64,000 nt of DNA from a virus (Duplodnaviria; Caudoviricetes), in the IMG/VR virus record IMGVR_UViG_2937460283_000002, positions 2,712 to 66,711 of that record; one strand, written 5' to 3'. How positions within the stretch are numbered: position 1 is the first letter of the stretch; the number at the start of each line of letters is the position of its first letter. A program made the translations under genes and the position numbers. The notes beneath the pieces were generated by a model. It was not told the origin of the DNA. It saw only the letters and a list, made by a program, of their open reading frames with translations, and ran no database searches. Shown here piece by piece: positions 39,101-49,534 of the stretch.

Positions 39101-41073
39101 GCTGACTCAGCAGCTGCGGCTTTACTTGATGCCGCCGCCGATTTGCTCAACCCCGCACTAATCGCAGAACCCGCCGCTGCACTTTGGCTTGCTTTGGCGG
39201 CATCTTCGCTGGCTTTAGCCGCCACTTTAGATGCTGCCGCATTGGTTTCGCTGGTTTTTGCCGCCGCTTTGCTAGCTGCTGCGCTACTTGCAGAACTGGC
39301 CGCTGCGGACTTACTTGACGCCGCTGCCGTTTTGCTACTCGCTGCGCTGCTCGCTGAGCTGGCTGCTGCGGTTTCACTGACCTTTGCCGCGTCTTCGCTG
39401 GCAAGTGCCGCACTTGCATGCTCGGCCGCTTTATCTTCACTGACTTTGGCTGCTGACTTACTGCTTGCCGCACTTGTTGCTGAAGCAGCCGCTGCGCTTT
39501 GGCTTGCTTTGGCGGCATCTTCACTGGCTTTAGCCGCCACTTTAGATGCTGCCGCATTGGTCTCACTGGTTTTAGCCGCCGCTTTACTCGCCGCGGCGCT
39601 ACTTGCGGAACTGGCCGCTGCGGACTTACTTGATGCCGCTGCCGTTTTGCTACTCGCTGCGCTGCTCGCTGAGCTGGCTGCTGCGGTTTCACTAGCCTTT
39701 GCCGCATCTTCGCTGGCAAGTGCCGCACTTGCATGCTCGGCCGCTTTATCTTCACTGGCTTTAGCAGCTGATTTACTGCTTGCCGCACTTGTTGCTGAAC
39801 CCGCCGCTGCGCTTTGACTTGCTTTGGCGGCATCCTCACTGGCTTTAGCCGCCACTTTAGATGCCGCTGCGTTGGTTTCGCTGGTTTTAGCCGCCGCTTT
39901 ACTTGCCGCGGCGCTACTTGCAGAACTGGCCGCAGCCGACTGGCTTGACGCCGCTGCTGTTTTGCTACTCGCTGCGCTGCTCGCTGAGCTGGCTGCTGCG
40001 GTTTCACTGACTTTTGCGGCGTCTTCGCTGGCAAGTGCTGCAGCTGCATGCTCGGCTACTTTATCTTCGCTGGCTTTGGCTGCTGACTTGCTGCTAGCCG
40101 CACTTGTTGCTGAACCCGCCGCTGCGCTTTGGCTTGCTTTGGCGGCATCTTCACTGGCTTTAGCCGCCACTTTAGATGCCGCTGCGTTGGTTTCGCTGGT
40201 TTTAGCCGCCGCTTTACTTGCCGCGGCGCTACTTGCAGAACTGGCCGCTGCCGATTGGCTTGACGCCGCTGCTGTTTTGCTACTCGCTGCGCTGCTCGCT
40301 GAGCTGGCTGCTGCGGTTTCACTGACTTTTGCGGCATCTTCGCTGGCAAGTGCTGCAGCTGCAGAATCAGCTGCCGCAGCTTTACTTGATGCTGCTGCCG
40401 ATTTGCTTAGCCCTGCACTAATCGCAGAGCCCGCCGCTGCGCTTTGGCTTGCCTTAGCTGCATCTTCACTGGCTTTGGCTGCCACTTTAGACGCTGCTGC
40501 ATTGTTTTCGCTGGTTTTCGCAGCTATCTTACTTGCTGCAGCAGCGCTGGCTGATGCTGCTGCATCATCTGCATTTTGTGCTGCTTGTGCTATAGAGGCC
40601 ACCATGGCTTCTAGCTCTTCAATTAATTGCGCTACTTTTACTGCATTGCGATTAATTTCAGCTGGCGTTGCTATTTCGCTTTGTTCACCTAAAAAATTGG
40701 TAACAGGGAATGTAGCTTCATTACTTTGAAACCAACCCGTCAGCTCCTTTTCACGGCGATGCCACTTTGTTTGCAGCTCTGTTAAGCTTTTTGCCAAACG
40801 CGCAGGTGTCGAATTATTGAAATTTTGAACCAAACCATAAGGCAGTTCACTGCCACTTTCTTGCGGGTTAAACCTCTGCCCATCGAGCAAAGCTAAACGC
40901 AATTGTGTATCACTGATCACTTGGGCAACTTGAAGTATCTGATTTTGTTGATTTAGCCTTAAATAAACGAGATCTCCCGTTTGTACTTTCGCCACGCTAA
41001 TAAATTGCGTATGCACACCCGTGATCGTCGCGTTATTTTTAGTAACGCTAATTTTGCCAATTGAATAGGCCAT
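36181..41073 (-). CDS. Side/L-shaped tail fibre with long Ala/Ser-rich coiled coil
   Basis: YSIGKISVT....ITG fibre anchor; Stf-like AAASK/SETNA heptads; VYHEG.KP fibre motifs. Confidence 0.85.
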   Translation of the reverse strand: MAYSIGKISVTKNNATITGVHTQFISVAKVQTGDLVYLRLNQQNQILQVAQVISDTQLRLALLDGQRFNPQESGSELPYGLVQNFNNSTPARLAKSLTELQTKWHRREKELTGWFQSNEATFPVTNFLGEQSEIATPAEINRNAVKVAQLIEELEAMVASIAQAAQNADDAAASASAAAASKIAAKTSENNAAASKVAAKASEDAAKASQSAAAGSAISAGLSKSAAASSKAAAADSAAAALASEDAAKVSETAAASSASSAASSKTAAASSQSAAASSASSAAASKAAAKTSETNAAASKVAAKASEDAAKASQSAAAGSATSAASSKSAAKASEDKVAEHAAAALASEDAAKVSETAAASSASSAASSKTAAASSQSAAASSASSAAASKAAAKTSETNAAASKVAAKASEDAAKASQSAAAGSATSAASSKSAAKASEDKAAEHASAALASEDAAKASETAAASSASSAASSKTAAASSKSAAASSASSAAASKAAAKTSETNAAASKVAAKASEDAAKASQSAAAASATSAASSKSAAKVSEDKAAEHASAALASEDAAKVSETAAASSASSAASSKTAAASSKSAAASSASSAAASKAAAKTSETNAAASKVAAKASEDAAKASQSAAAGSAISAGLSKSAAASSKAAAAESAEAALGSEEAAKASETAAANSASSAASSKTAAASSQSAAASSASAAATSKAAAKTSETNAASSATAAAASKAAAKTSESNAAQSAATAQASQVAAKASEDSAANSVVEAQSIRNEVAEIAGGTAPDSQRLGGKTKEEVVSEARAGLQAADSKLQRLVDSEFDFTHGNDFRLRGGRALVAHTPEMLYVNYNGDFSNVSAKGAWAFSDSVKVSGVTLETTTGEYGDKAFKVSNGRGYLKLGAQNDNFCHYETDRPNHWFNKELKVKGDIYAGEGYNQRVYHEGNKPLASDVKALPSISGRTPLVTKSEFKTIAKVTGAELASMIRLNLKGTTDSTVVAFSAEIIVNHHSDFTIKSLSGPYSQVTLRLLSNTNEHFLIQAKVDTPSAIAMNITVQSYGQEVIEIGDFNTEGYPQEFIHEGTKSGIALSSADNREATITVQGNQVYHEGHKPTPSEIGAVAKGESIDLTNQALRWVENSDGAAIGFQNTSDQDTNSYLYFETSDNLNEYFRWQHRSGSSITEWMSLKDWGLKVKGYVTASGLAINGNATFDNGDNTTVNIRANDSGAAVLNVCAEVDAQTTGIVYVGQSPNHGGGIEYNGDNSPVTSGSGADYFTLFRRSSGQTHWTARNLHLSNDWEFRGKVKAAALQEGDKLLSNKYHGKSDKLARFESSHVDTNSGQDLKIRDKRALVGATDQLYINYGSDWSKVAANGEWAFTGDVKVSGDLKMSGTDSYIWSPNTANGYTGIYDSHTNKVAMKYTNSQAFDFGADINISKNNPWLTLDSSSSGSNTNEQAAGISIGESGRDNSASLHLSYIGDGYSYIGMGNLGSDNIADNWAMQMNYQSRWVKFRSDIQLQDSNTKLAKGVSNTVRAITNNGYVDIGPQNSNWCHFDTDREKFYFGRPTYVKGDIYAGPNYNQKVIHQGNFNQQLQASANQVTSGDSQKFAGKTEQEWQDYIQDPVRAAVAATNPIAAAFI
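38950..40545 (-). repeat. 315-bp (105-aa, 15-heptad) tandem repeat, about 5 copies
   Basis: gcgctacttgc(a/g)gaactggccgc recurs at 315-bp spacing (about 39280, 39595, 39910, 40225). Confidence 0.9.
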
Positions 41074-41075
41074 AA

Positions 41076-44000
41076 TTATCCTCTTTTATAAATTACTGCG
41101 ACCTGTTTGATTTGATCAGGAGAGTCAAATGTGACGTTGTGACGTACTTGAGCGATGGTGTAACGCTCTTCACTTTGTGTTGGTTGACGCATCCCTTTGC
41201 CAGGCATGGAACTTGAGCAAATTAAATCGCCAGTTTGTAAATTGCCACCTTCGCCGCAGACATTCATTGCGCCTTCACCACCTGCGTTGATGCTTGCTAT
41301 ATCGTACAGGTAGGCCAGTTGCTCCCACTCTTCAAAGCCGACTAGGCCAGCAGGTTGCGAGTCTGTAAGCACTCGACGACGCGTGTAAATACCTCGCACT
41401 GTAATGTCCATCGGTGTGCTCGATAGTTTTGCCGTACAAATTGCATTTGAGATATTTGCAATGTGCATAAGCTCATCATCACAAAGAATATCACCGGGTT
41501 CTGGCTCTAACTCTTTGGGTAGGAGTGTTTCATGAGCAGATGTGTGAGGTCCTATTTCACCATTCTTTGCATAAAGGGCCCAAGAAGACGCGTCGACGTG
41601 AATAGCGTTACTATGATATTTAATTGCAATACCCCAAACATCTTCTGGCTTGCCATTATCCCAGACATATAGGTTACGCAGAAAACCTTCCCCATTCGCC
41701 ATAAACCTGGCGTTAAGGACCCCATCTTGCTTAATAGCAAGCATACCTGAACTCGCTGTAACGGTACTGCTTCCACCCGAATCCCATGTACATGATCGTA
41801 AAGTTGCATTACTAATTACACCACTAGACGCTTCAACTTTACCTCTAAAAGTACCACTCGTTGCCTCAACCTTACCCTTAAACGTTCCACTATCAGCTTC
41901 AACTCTTCCTTTAAATATACCGCTATTAGCATACACGTTGCCGGTGAACGACCCACTGGTTGCGTTAACATGCCCAGTGAACGACCCGCTACTCGCATTA
42001 ATATGCCCGTTAAACTTATATTTCCCCGCGCTGCTATCAAAATACACAGCACTGTTATTGCTATTATCGAGTAATTCAAAAACGCCAGCTTTTACCTGCA
42101 TTCGCCCGGGTGTTATCGTGAGCCCTGTTACATGGTTATTAACGTCTACACCAATTGAAACCCGCGCATCTAGCTCGTCTATTTGGTTCCCTTGTTCATC
42201 CAACTTCCTCGCATGCGTAGTCATAAGCTGAAATACGCTCGCAGTACCCGAGTCAGTTTCTACACTAACGTTTTTGACAAACGAGGCTAAAGCACCATTT
42301 GAGTCCGTCTTTGAGAAATAAATATCACCCAGCTTGGAAATTTTCCCGCCAAACTCTGTCGATAAAGACTGAGCTTTTAAGCCTATTGCCTTCTCAGTTT
42401 CTACTTTCGTATACGTATTACTTGCAAGGCTAGATATGTCGCCATTGAATTCAGAGCGCAAGGAGCTCTCTTTGGCACTAATTACACTATTTGTTTGCGC
42501 TGCGGTGTAAAAAGTTTGATCTAGATAAGCGCGATTACTATTAACTTTACTTTCTAGCTCAGTTTTAGCCTGTGAGACAGCGCTTTGTGCATCCGCTTTG
42601 GTAATATAATAGTGCTGCACATCAGCCTTGTTTTGTGCAACTTCAGAGGTTAGGCCGCTAATTTTTGTGGCAAGCGCTTGCTCTTTGGTTGCTAACGATT
42701 GCTCAACGTTAACTATCTGCGCACTGTTGCCATCTACAACTGCTTTAACCTCACTAATTTTATTCGCAAGCGCTTGATTTTGTGTGGCAGAAGCTTGCTC
42801 TACACTGACTATTTGCGCTTTGTTCTGCACAACCTGTGCTTCCACTTGCCTGATGTTTGTTGCAATAGCGCGTTCTTTATCTGCAAGGGACTGCTCAACA
42901 TTGACTATCTGAGCATTGTTTTCACCGACCAAGGCCTTAACTTCACTCACTCTTGTAGCCAATGCTTGATTTTCATCAGCTTGAACTGCAACAGCCTCAT
43001 TAATTCTTGCGTTAGTTTTGGCGGTTTTTTCCTCTAAAGTAAGCGTACTTGTTAAATCGGCCTCGAAAACTTGCTCAGTATCCAATGCTTGTTCAAGAAT
43101 ACTATTGGCAAGATCATCAATTTCTCTTATCTTCTCTTGCGTTTCTTTTAATTCGTTAACACTGAGCCCAGATACTGAAAATGCCTGCCTAACAACTTGC
43201 AACTCGTGGCGAGCTTCAACAATTAAGTTGCTGGTGGCCTGAGCCAAAAATTCAATTGCTAGCTCACTGTCTGTTACATTGCCTTTTTCTTCACCTAAAG
43301 CACCATACAGCACACCATCATCGCTCAACTCAACCTGTAAGGTTTGAAATGCTAACTCTTGTTGAGTTTGCAAATCTCGAAGTGATACGCGAACTTGGTT
43401 CACTATGCCCTCAGGCTGCCAACCAACACCCATACCTATCCAATTTGGGCTTTGGCTCATCTCAAATACAAGCGCGGTGCTGTGCTCATAAGTTGCTAAA
43501 TCGGCAGTTTTAACATCAAAACTCTTCCATTGGCTTTTGCCTGCCGCATTCAAGGTTCTAACACGTCCTTGGTAGCTTTTTGAAGGTAGTAATGAAGAAA
43601 CGGTGAGCACTTGGGAGATAACGGTTTTTTGCTCACCTTCCCCTGCAAACTGCCACTCATAATTGGTTTGCGTGGATGCGCCTGTTGTAGTTGCATACAG
43701 CACAACACTTGTCGGTGTGAGCGAGGTGATTTCAACAGTAGGTACCGCCGGCTCTGCAACAGTAAACAACAAAGTCGCTGCGCTACTTCGATAGCCGAGT
43801 ATATTGACCGCATAAATACTGATTTGGTACTCACCTGCATCCAGCGCTAACGAGATGTCATGTAAGGTCGTATTACCTGATTTTACAACTTTACCATTCC
43901 TGCGAACTTGGTACTCAAAGTCATTTGACGCTGATTGCCATTCAACCTTTAGGGTATTATCCTCTCCTACACTGGCTTGTAATCCTGCTGGGGCATCCGG

Positions 44001-45365
44001 CTTTCGTGAGCGATATACGGTATCTTCGATGATTGTTTGTGGTGCACTCGGCTCCCATGAAAAATGACTGGGCTGATGCTCAACTAAGCTTAAGTCAACT
44101 TCGCCACTGCCATTAAGCACCATATCATTGAGTACAAAAGGCTTTTTATCAAACCCTAGCAACTCATCACTAACGCGAATAACGTCACCAATTGCCAGTA
44201 AAGCCGCATCATCACGAGCCGTAAATTTAATGCTTAACTGTTCACGACTTTTACGCGCAATAAACTCCGCAATACGCTTTGCTTCATAGAAGCTGTTGAG
44301 CGTTTCAATTTTTACTTTTTTGGTTAAACGAATGTCGTTGTCTTGGGCTAACCATTGCGTATCAATCGCACTGCTTGGCTCTGGAAATACAGCATCTTGT
44401 AGCTTGCCATTGCGCTTTTCATCATAGTACTGAACCGTTACTTGGTTGTAGCGATCCTTTTTTGAGGCATCGTTAACCTCAATATCACTTACAATGGTTT
44501 GTTCATTGGCCTCCCATGATATCGGCGCCTTATTTTCTTCAAGCACTAACGTTAGTTTGCCATTAACCACAGGTAAGCTGGCACGCATCGAAGCCAAAAG
44601 CATTTCACAATTGGCTTTTACTGATTTACTGGTATTAAGTCGCACATTAGAGGTGTACAACGGGATGGTTGCTCCCCCCTCATAGCTCTCTACCTGCAAA
44701 TCACAAATATTGGCGGCACGTTTAAAGCTTTCGACATCTAGGTCAGAGCTGGGTAACCCTTTGCCATAGCGGGTGTTGGTTAAATAATCATATAGTTGCA
44801 GCGCAGGGTTAGAGGTAACATTACTTTTAGTTCCAGTTCGTACATCATGGATACGCGTTTGTTCAATGTCTGCGGTAATGTTTGGCCTTGAAGTAAAAAC
44901 AGGGTCATCAGCGCCCATCTCTAAACGTACATAGCTATACAACAAGCCTTCGGGTAAGTTTCTGTCAGGAGACCAGCCGCTAGCGTTTAAAAGAGGGTCA
45001 GAATAACGCCCCCCCTCAATATTACGTGTATAAGCCCACCAATGTGCCCCCTCATCATGGAACTTATCAGATGTGATTGGCTCATCATCAATGTAAATCT
45101 GCTTTACTGTTGCGCCATTTGCTTCACCCCAAACAATGATAAGGTGAAGTAGCTCATTTTCTACATCATTTCGCACCACATCATTCGTCGCGCGGTAGAT
45201 AATCGTACCACCTGTTCTTTTTACTTCTCCATAAAATACAGGTATAGCAGCGTCAGTTGCAGGTGCTGTAAAATCGACCCCTTGTACTTGCTTTTGAGGT
45301 TGCGGCTCTAAATCGACCCCCAAAATCTTAAAAAAGCCGCTAACGATATTACCTAAAAAACCCAT
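41076..45365 (-). CDS. Central tail fibre / tip attachment protein (gpJ-lambda-like) with FN3 domains
   Basis: IPVFYG, SNPALQLYDYLTNTRYGKGL, FN3-like repeats, coiled coil, SG.F.G.V.A repeats, chaperone-like C-terminus (GDLICSS..PGKGMRQ). Confidence 0.85.
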   Translation of the reverse strand: MGFLGNIVSGFFKILGVDLEPQPQKQVQGVDFTAPATDAAIPVFYGEVKRTGGTIIYRATNDVVRNDVENELLHLIIVWGEANGATVKQIYIDDEPITSDKFHDEGAHWWAYTRNIEGGRYSDPLLNASGWSPDRNLPEGLLYSYVRLEMGADDPVFTSRPNITADIEQTRIHDVRTGTKSNVTSNPALQLYDYLTNTRYGKGLPSSDLDVESFKRAANICDLQVESYEGGATIPLYTSNVRLNTSKSVKANCEMLLASMRASLPVVNGKLTLVLEENKAPISWEANEQTIVSDIEVNDASKKDRYNQVTVQYYDEKRNGKLQDAVFPEPSSAIDTQWLAQDNDIRLTKKVKIETLNSFYEAKRIAEFIARKSREQLSIKFTARDDAALLAIGDVIRVSDELLGFDKKPFVLNDMVLNGSGEVDLSLVEHQPSHFSWEPSAPQTIIEDTVYRSRKPDAPAGLQASVGEDNTLKVEWQSASNDFEYQVRRNGKVVKSGNTTLHDISLALDAGEYQISIYAVNILGYRSSAATLLFTVAEPAVPTVEITSLTPTSVVLYATTTGASTQTNYEWQFAGEGEQKTVISQVLTVSSLLPSKSYQGRVRTLNAAGKSQWKSFDVKTADLATYEHSTALVFEMSQSPNWIGMGVGWQPEGIVNQVRVSLRDLQTQQELAFQTLQVELSDDGVLYGALGEEKGNVTDSELAIEFLAQATSNLIVEARHELQVVRQAFSVSGLSVNELKETQEKIREIDDLANSILEQALDTEQVFEADLTSTLTLEEKTAKTNARINEAVAVQADENQALATRVSEVKALVGENNAQIVNVEQSLADKERAIATNIRQVEAQVVQNKAQIVSVEQASATQNQALANKISEVKAVVDGNSAQIVNVEQSLATKEQALATKISGLTSEVAQNKADVQHYYITKADAQSAVSQAKTELESKVNSNRAYLDQTFYTAAQTNSVISAKESSLRSEFNGDISSLASNTYTKVETEKAIGLKAQSLSTEFGGKISKLGDIYFSKTDSNGALASFVKNVSVETDSGTASVFQLMTTHARKLDEQGNQIDELDARVSIGVDVNNHVTGLTITPGRMQVKAGVFELLDNSNNSAVYFDSSAGKYKFNGHINASSGSFTGHVNATSGSFTGNVYANSGIFKGRVEADSGTFKGKVEATSGTFRGKVEASSGVISNATLRSCTWDSGGSSTVTASSGMLAIKQDGVLNARFMANGEGFLRNLYVWDNGKPEDVWGIAIKYHSNAIHVDASSWALYAKNGEIGPHTSAHETLLPKELEPEPGDILCDDELMHIANISNAICTAKLSSTPMDITVRGIYTRRRVLTDSQPAGLVGFEEWEQLAYLYDIASINAGGEGAMNVCGEGGNLQTGDLICSSSMPGKGMRQPTQSEERYTIAQVRHNVTFDSPDQIKQVAVIYKRG

Positions 45366-45366
45366 G

Positions 45367-45975
45367 CTATGGCTCCTGCTGCTGGTTGTTATTGCGCTTA
45401 TTTTTCGGTGCTTCAAAGCTCGATTTGGCAGAACGAGACTTCACCGTGCCATCACCTTCTTTACCCCAAGGCACTGAATCTGTTAAGAAAGGCGTGTGCT
45501 CAAACGGATCGGTATTTGGAAAAAACTTCTGATGACTTGCGGTATTTGTTTGCCGACCTGCGGATTTTTCAAAATCGGCCCAAATAGAGCTGACGGTAAA
45601 GCTCATGGTGCCAGACGAGTTCATATCCATTTTTGCAATAAGCCCTTTGTACAAAGACAAAGCCCCTACGGGTGCATCTGTGATGATCAGCTTGGATAAC
45701 TCAACACGACGGTTCATCCACTTTTCGCCAAGACCTAAGGCCACTACGGCTGAGTCCAAAGCATTAAAATTAAGCTTTAAATCACCAATGCGAATACCGC
45801 TACTGTGTTTTACCGAACTGAAACTTTTTAGCATGCCAGCAAGGTAAATGTTGCCACCATAGCTAATATCTTCATCCGCATCGGTCATATATATTGGACC
45901 CCAATCGAATTGGATTTTCAGTAAATGGCAAAATTGATAATCACCAGCAAGCGCTTGTTTTAATGCTGTAGACAT
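45367..45975 (-). CDS. Siphovirus baseplate hub protein (DUF2163-like)
   Basis: YMTDADEDISYGGNIYLA...SIWADFEKSAGRQTN..SHQ.FFP. Confidence 0.7.
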   Translation of the reverse strand: MSTALKQALAGDYQFCHLLKIQFDWGPIYMTDADEDISYGGNIYLAGMLKSFSSVKHSSGIRIGDLKLNFNALDSAVVALGLGEKWMNRRVELSKLIITDAPVGALSLYKGLIAKMDMNSSGTMSFTVSSIWADFEKSAGRQTNTASHQKFFPNTDPFEHTPFLTDSVPWGKEGDGTVKSRSAKSSFEAPKNKRNNNQQQEP

Positions 45976-46562
45976 TATTGCGTTACCTCCACCAGCTCTA
46001 CGCTCACAGGAATGGGTCGGCCAGCTGAAATAGAGATCTCCGTATCATCATCATCGCTGTACACTAAAAACTGTACATTTTCGCCACATTGAATCGCGCT
46101 GTTACCCGCCACATTCGTTTTCAACTTGGGATAAAAGTGAATAATGTCTGCGTCGCTATTAAACCCCGTAACCTGATATACCTTGTGGTGACCTAAAAAC
46201 TGAATAAAGTCACCTGCTGAAAATGCCACGCCTTCTCCTTTTGCAGACACCGCAACACGTACCGAGCTCTCACCTTGCGAAATTGACTCTGCAGTTTTTG
46301 CACTCAACACACTGCCAATTTGTGGTAGCGGGTTTGGCAACTTGGTTTTTTCAAATACCCCATCTAAGCTTGCCACTTCTGCATACACCGCCATGGCCTC
46401 TTGATAAGGCATCGCCGTTGAAGTGAGCTTAATGCGCCACCTTTGCGGTTGGCCGAGCTGACGTACCTGACGGGTAAAACTGTATTTGTTTTTGGTGACT
46501 AAGGTTTTTGTTTCTGAAGAGATTTTTGCTTTAGCAATTTGTGTTAATGCGGTTAATCCCAT
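45975..46562 (-). CDS. Distal tail protein-like
   Basis: Directly after the tape measure; QRW..., GDFIQF.GH.KVY.V...YP.L motif. Confidence 0.7.
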   Translation of the reverse strand: MGLTALTQIAKAKISSETKTLVTKNKYSFTRQVRQLGQPQRWRIKLTSTAMPYQEAMAVYAEVASLDGVFEKTKLPNPLPQIGSVLSAKTAESISQGESSVRVAVSAKGEGVAFSAGDFIQFLGHHKVYQVTGFNSDADIIHFYPKLKTNVAGNSAIQCGENVQFLVYSDDDDTEISISAGRPIPVSVELVEVTQ

Positions 46563-49534
46563 TCTCCTGACTCCATTGCATAACGTACATCTTGCATGAT
46601 TTTGGCGCGCTCACGCTTCATTACTTGCGCAACGCCCTCACTATCATTGGCATTGATGACGTAATTAAATTTGACTGATTTATCGATGTTTTGTGGTGTT
46701 TGTTCTGCTGCACTATTTGACGTATTCAACCCTGCGGTGGTGCGACGGCTGGTGACGTTAACCGGGCCTGCAATAAGTTCAGGCCCATATTCACCCACTA
46801 GGCCGATTTTACCGGCGGGGATCAGACCACCATGGTCATAGGCACCTGAGTAATTGGTTGATTTAATCGCCTGAACGTTAGCCATACCGGCAGCCACCGC
46901 AGCGGCTGCCGCAGCGATGCCCAAAGCAGGTCCTACATACGGAATACCCGCTAAAGAGGCATAAGCGTTGGTTGCCGATTCATACGTTTTAATTGTCGTT
47001 TGCGCGATTGCCGCGGCCTTTGCCGCTTTTGATTGTTTGCCACCAAATGCGGCGGCCACGCTGGCTACCCCACCAAAGAAGTCCGATGCCTGATTTAAAC
47101 GCTGCGACTGCTGCTCACGCTCGATATCTGCCATGGCCTTATTTTTTTGCTTGGTTTGGTCCACCTCAATTTGGGCTTGTTCTTCTGCAAGCGCTTGAGT
47201 TGCGGCAAGCTTTTCTTCGTTTTGGGCTTCAATGACCGAAGAATCCTGTTCATCGGTTTGTTCAGGATCCTCTTCTTCCCCTGTTCCTAAAAACAACTCA
47301 TCAATGATATTTTTACCTGACTCATATACTTCAACCATGGCCTGCACAGATGCTTCAACATTTTCAGGGTTTGTTAAGTCACCATTGAGCGAGTCACCCA
47401 AATTTTGCAACTGAGACATAAAACCTGAAGCTTCACTGGCAAGCTGCGCATTTTTCTGCCTTTCAAGCTGAATAATCTTTTCATGGCGCTTTTTAATTAA
47501 GTCTGTTTGAATTTGTGTTTGCTGATTTTCTGAGCTTTCTACTATTCCACGTTGACGCTCGCAGCTTTGTGTCAGCAGCTTTTCTGTTTCTTCGGCGTTT
47601 TTTTGCGCAGATGTATTGTCACTTTTTGGGTCTAATGCGCTAACAATTGTTTGCACATCGTTTTTTGCCCCTGCGCTAGTTAATCCAGAGCTTGCTTTTG
47701 GACCTTTCGCAGGTTTTAAACCAATTTCAGTATTGTTTTTTGCCTTATCGTAATTTTCGCCTTTTTTGTCGTAGGCCTCGCCAAGCTTTTGTGCTTCATC
47801 AAGCTTTTTATAAAGTTCTTCTGTGACCTTTTCTCTTTGCTTTAGCGCTTCATCCCAAGATTTCTTAATGCGCTCTTCAAATGTGCTACTGTCAAATTCA
47901 TCAAGCTTTTCAGATTTGTTACCTCTGAGGTTTTTAAGTTCCTCATCTCTTTGAACCTTATTTTGCGCAACCTTCTTTTTCTCTTCTTCATAATCAAATG
48001 AATCAGACCAAGGATTCAATGCACCAATCGAGTTTTTAAACTCGAGCATTAATGATTCACTGGCCGACGAAAGGTCATTCTTGATACTGGTAAAGGTATA
48101 GTCTGTCGCCGTATCAAAGTAATTCATCCAATGATCGAATTCTTTGCGTGCCATACCGAGCGCAGAACTGATACTCTGGGGAATTAGCAAGTAGTTTACA
48201 CCAAGCTTCTTCAGGCCTTCTTTGGCATCTCCTCCCCATTTTTCATACGCTTTAGAGAAAAAACTTGAAGCTCCATTTAATGCTGCTTCTAACTCATCTC
48301 CCATGGTGTACTGATAAAGACCGCTAAAGCCCGCTTTCAACGGACCTATGTAAGCATCAAAGTACTTTCCTAACTGACCTGATGCCAATGAGTCATTAAA
48401 CGTATCTAAAGCATCACTTCCTACACTAAATGCAGATTTTATAGCATCGCCAACTCCTCCCGAGCCGATATTTAAAAACAGCTCATCCCACTCAGACTTA
48501 AAACGGGCAACCTCACCACCCATTGTTCCCATTTGCTCAGCCATTGCCCCGGCAAAGTTGTTTTGAGCTAACTGATTGAAGTACCCTTGTATACTCTCAG
48601 CATTATCTTTGATGTTAGTCGTAACACCATTATAAGTAAGCGCTAAGCCATCTTTGGTTTCCTTCGCATTTATGCCAAGGTTTGCAAATGCATCAGCTTG
48701 AGTTTTCGCATTGTCAGACGTCGCATTAATTACATTATTTGCAACATCTTGTAAGCTCATACCCATGGCACTTGCTATATCACCATAGGCAGTCATCGCC
48801 TCTTTAGTCGGTATTAAACCGTTGTTGTAAAGCGCTAAAAAAGAATTGGTGGTTTGATCTATATTATGTGGCGTTTCTTCTGCCATTTCTTTGAGATTGT
48901 GGAAAATCTCTTTGCTTTTTTCAGAGCTCGCTGCAACAACATTGATTCTCGCTTCAAGCGCTTCAAATTGAGACGTTACAGCTATCGTTTTTTGACCTGC
49001 TGCAACCACAGCATCAGCTAACAACAATGGAGCCCCGGCAGCACCTGCAACACCTTTTGCAAAACTGCCTATACCCGCAAGTGATTTTTTAAAAGGTGAG
49101 CCTCCAACTTTTTTATTACTGGCAGCACTAACACTGCTGCTTGCTGAGCCGCTAGCGCCCATAGACGAGTTTAGATCTTTACTTGCTTTAATATTCTTTC
49201 GAAGTTGATCTTCTAAAGCTGCAAGTCTGCCTTTGGCTTTGTCTGAGCTTTGCTCTAGTTGGCTAAACGACTTACCTGCTTCTTTGCCAAAGTTTGAAGC
49301 TGATTTTTTTGCAGTTTTAAAATCTTGATGTAGCCATGTGAGATTTTTACTCGCGCCTTTAATATGCGATAAAAAGCCCGCTAGAGATTTTTTAGCCCAA
49401 TCTACATCATCAGCAAAATCAGACGTTGCTCTTGCGGACTTTTTTACTTGCTCTTCAAGCTTTGAGAGTTCACGCGTTGCGCTCGTGGTTTCTTTAATTA
49501 GCAACGATAGGGAAAGCTCAGCGTTAGTTGCCAT
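46553..49534 (-). CDS. Tape measure protein of the non-contractile tail
   Basis: Helical, Ala-rich; AYASLAGIPYVGPALG and GAYDHGGLIPAGKIGLVGEYGPEL C-terminal motifs. Confidence 0.92.
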   Translation of the reverse strand: MATNAELSLSLLIKETTSATRELSKLEEQVKKSARATSDFADDVDWAKKSLAGFLSHIKGASKNLTWLHQDFKTAKKSASNFGKEAGKSFSQLEQSSDKAKGRLAALEDQLRKNIKASKDLNSSMGASGSASSSVSAASNKKVGGSPFKKSLAGIGSFAKGVAGAAGAPLLLADAVVAAGQKTIAVTSQFEALEARINVVAASSEKSKEIFHNLKEMAEETPHNIDQTTNSFLALYNNGLIPTKEAMTAYGDIASAMGMSLQDVANNVINATSDNAKTQADAFANLGINAKETKDGLALTYNGVTTNIKDNAESIQGYFNQLAQNNFAGAMAEQMGTMGGEVARFKSEWDELFLNIGSGGVGDAIKSAFSVGSDALDTFNDSLASGQLGKYFDAYIGPLKAGFSGLYQYTMGDELEAALNGASSFFSKAYEKWGGDAKEGLKKLGVNYLLIPQSISSALGMARKEFDHWMNYFDTATDYTFTSIKNDLSSASESLMLEFKNSIGALNPWSDSFDYEEEKKKVAQNKVQRDEELKNLRGNKSEKLDEFDSSTFEERIKKSWDEALKQREKVTEELYKKLDEAQKLGEAYDKKGENYDKAKNNTEIGLKPAKGPKASSGLTSAGAKNDVQTIVSALDPKSDNTSAQKNAEETEKLLTQSCERQRGIVESSENQQTQIQTDLIKKRHEKIIQLERQKNAQLASEASGFMSQLQNLGDSLNGDLTNPENVEASVQAMVEVYESGKNIIDELFLGTGEEEDPEQTDEQDSSVIEAQNEEKLAATQALAEEQAQIEVDQTKQKNKAMADIEREQQSQRLNQASDFFGGVASVAAAFGGKQSKAAKAAAIAQTTIKTYESATNAYASLAGIPYVGPALGIAAAAAAVAAGMANVQAIKSTNYSGAYDHGGLIPAGKIGLVGEYGPELIAGPVNVTSRRTTAGLNTSNSAAEQTPQNIDKSVKFNYVINANDSEGVAQVMKRERAKIMQDVRYAMESGEWD

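Noticed and set aside
38648-40729. Ala/Leu-rich plus-strand and Gln/Arg/Pro-rich alternative-frame ORFs
   Set aside because: By-products of the low-complexity Ala/Ser repeat in the side fibre gene.
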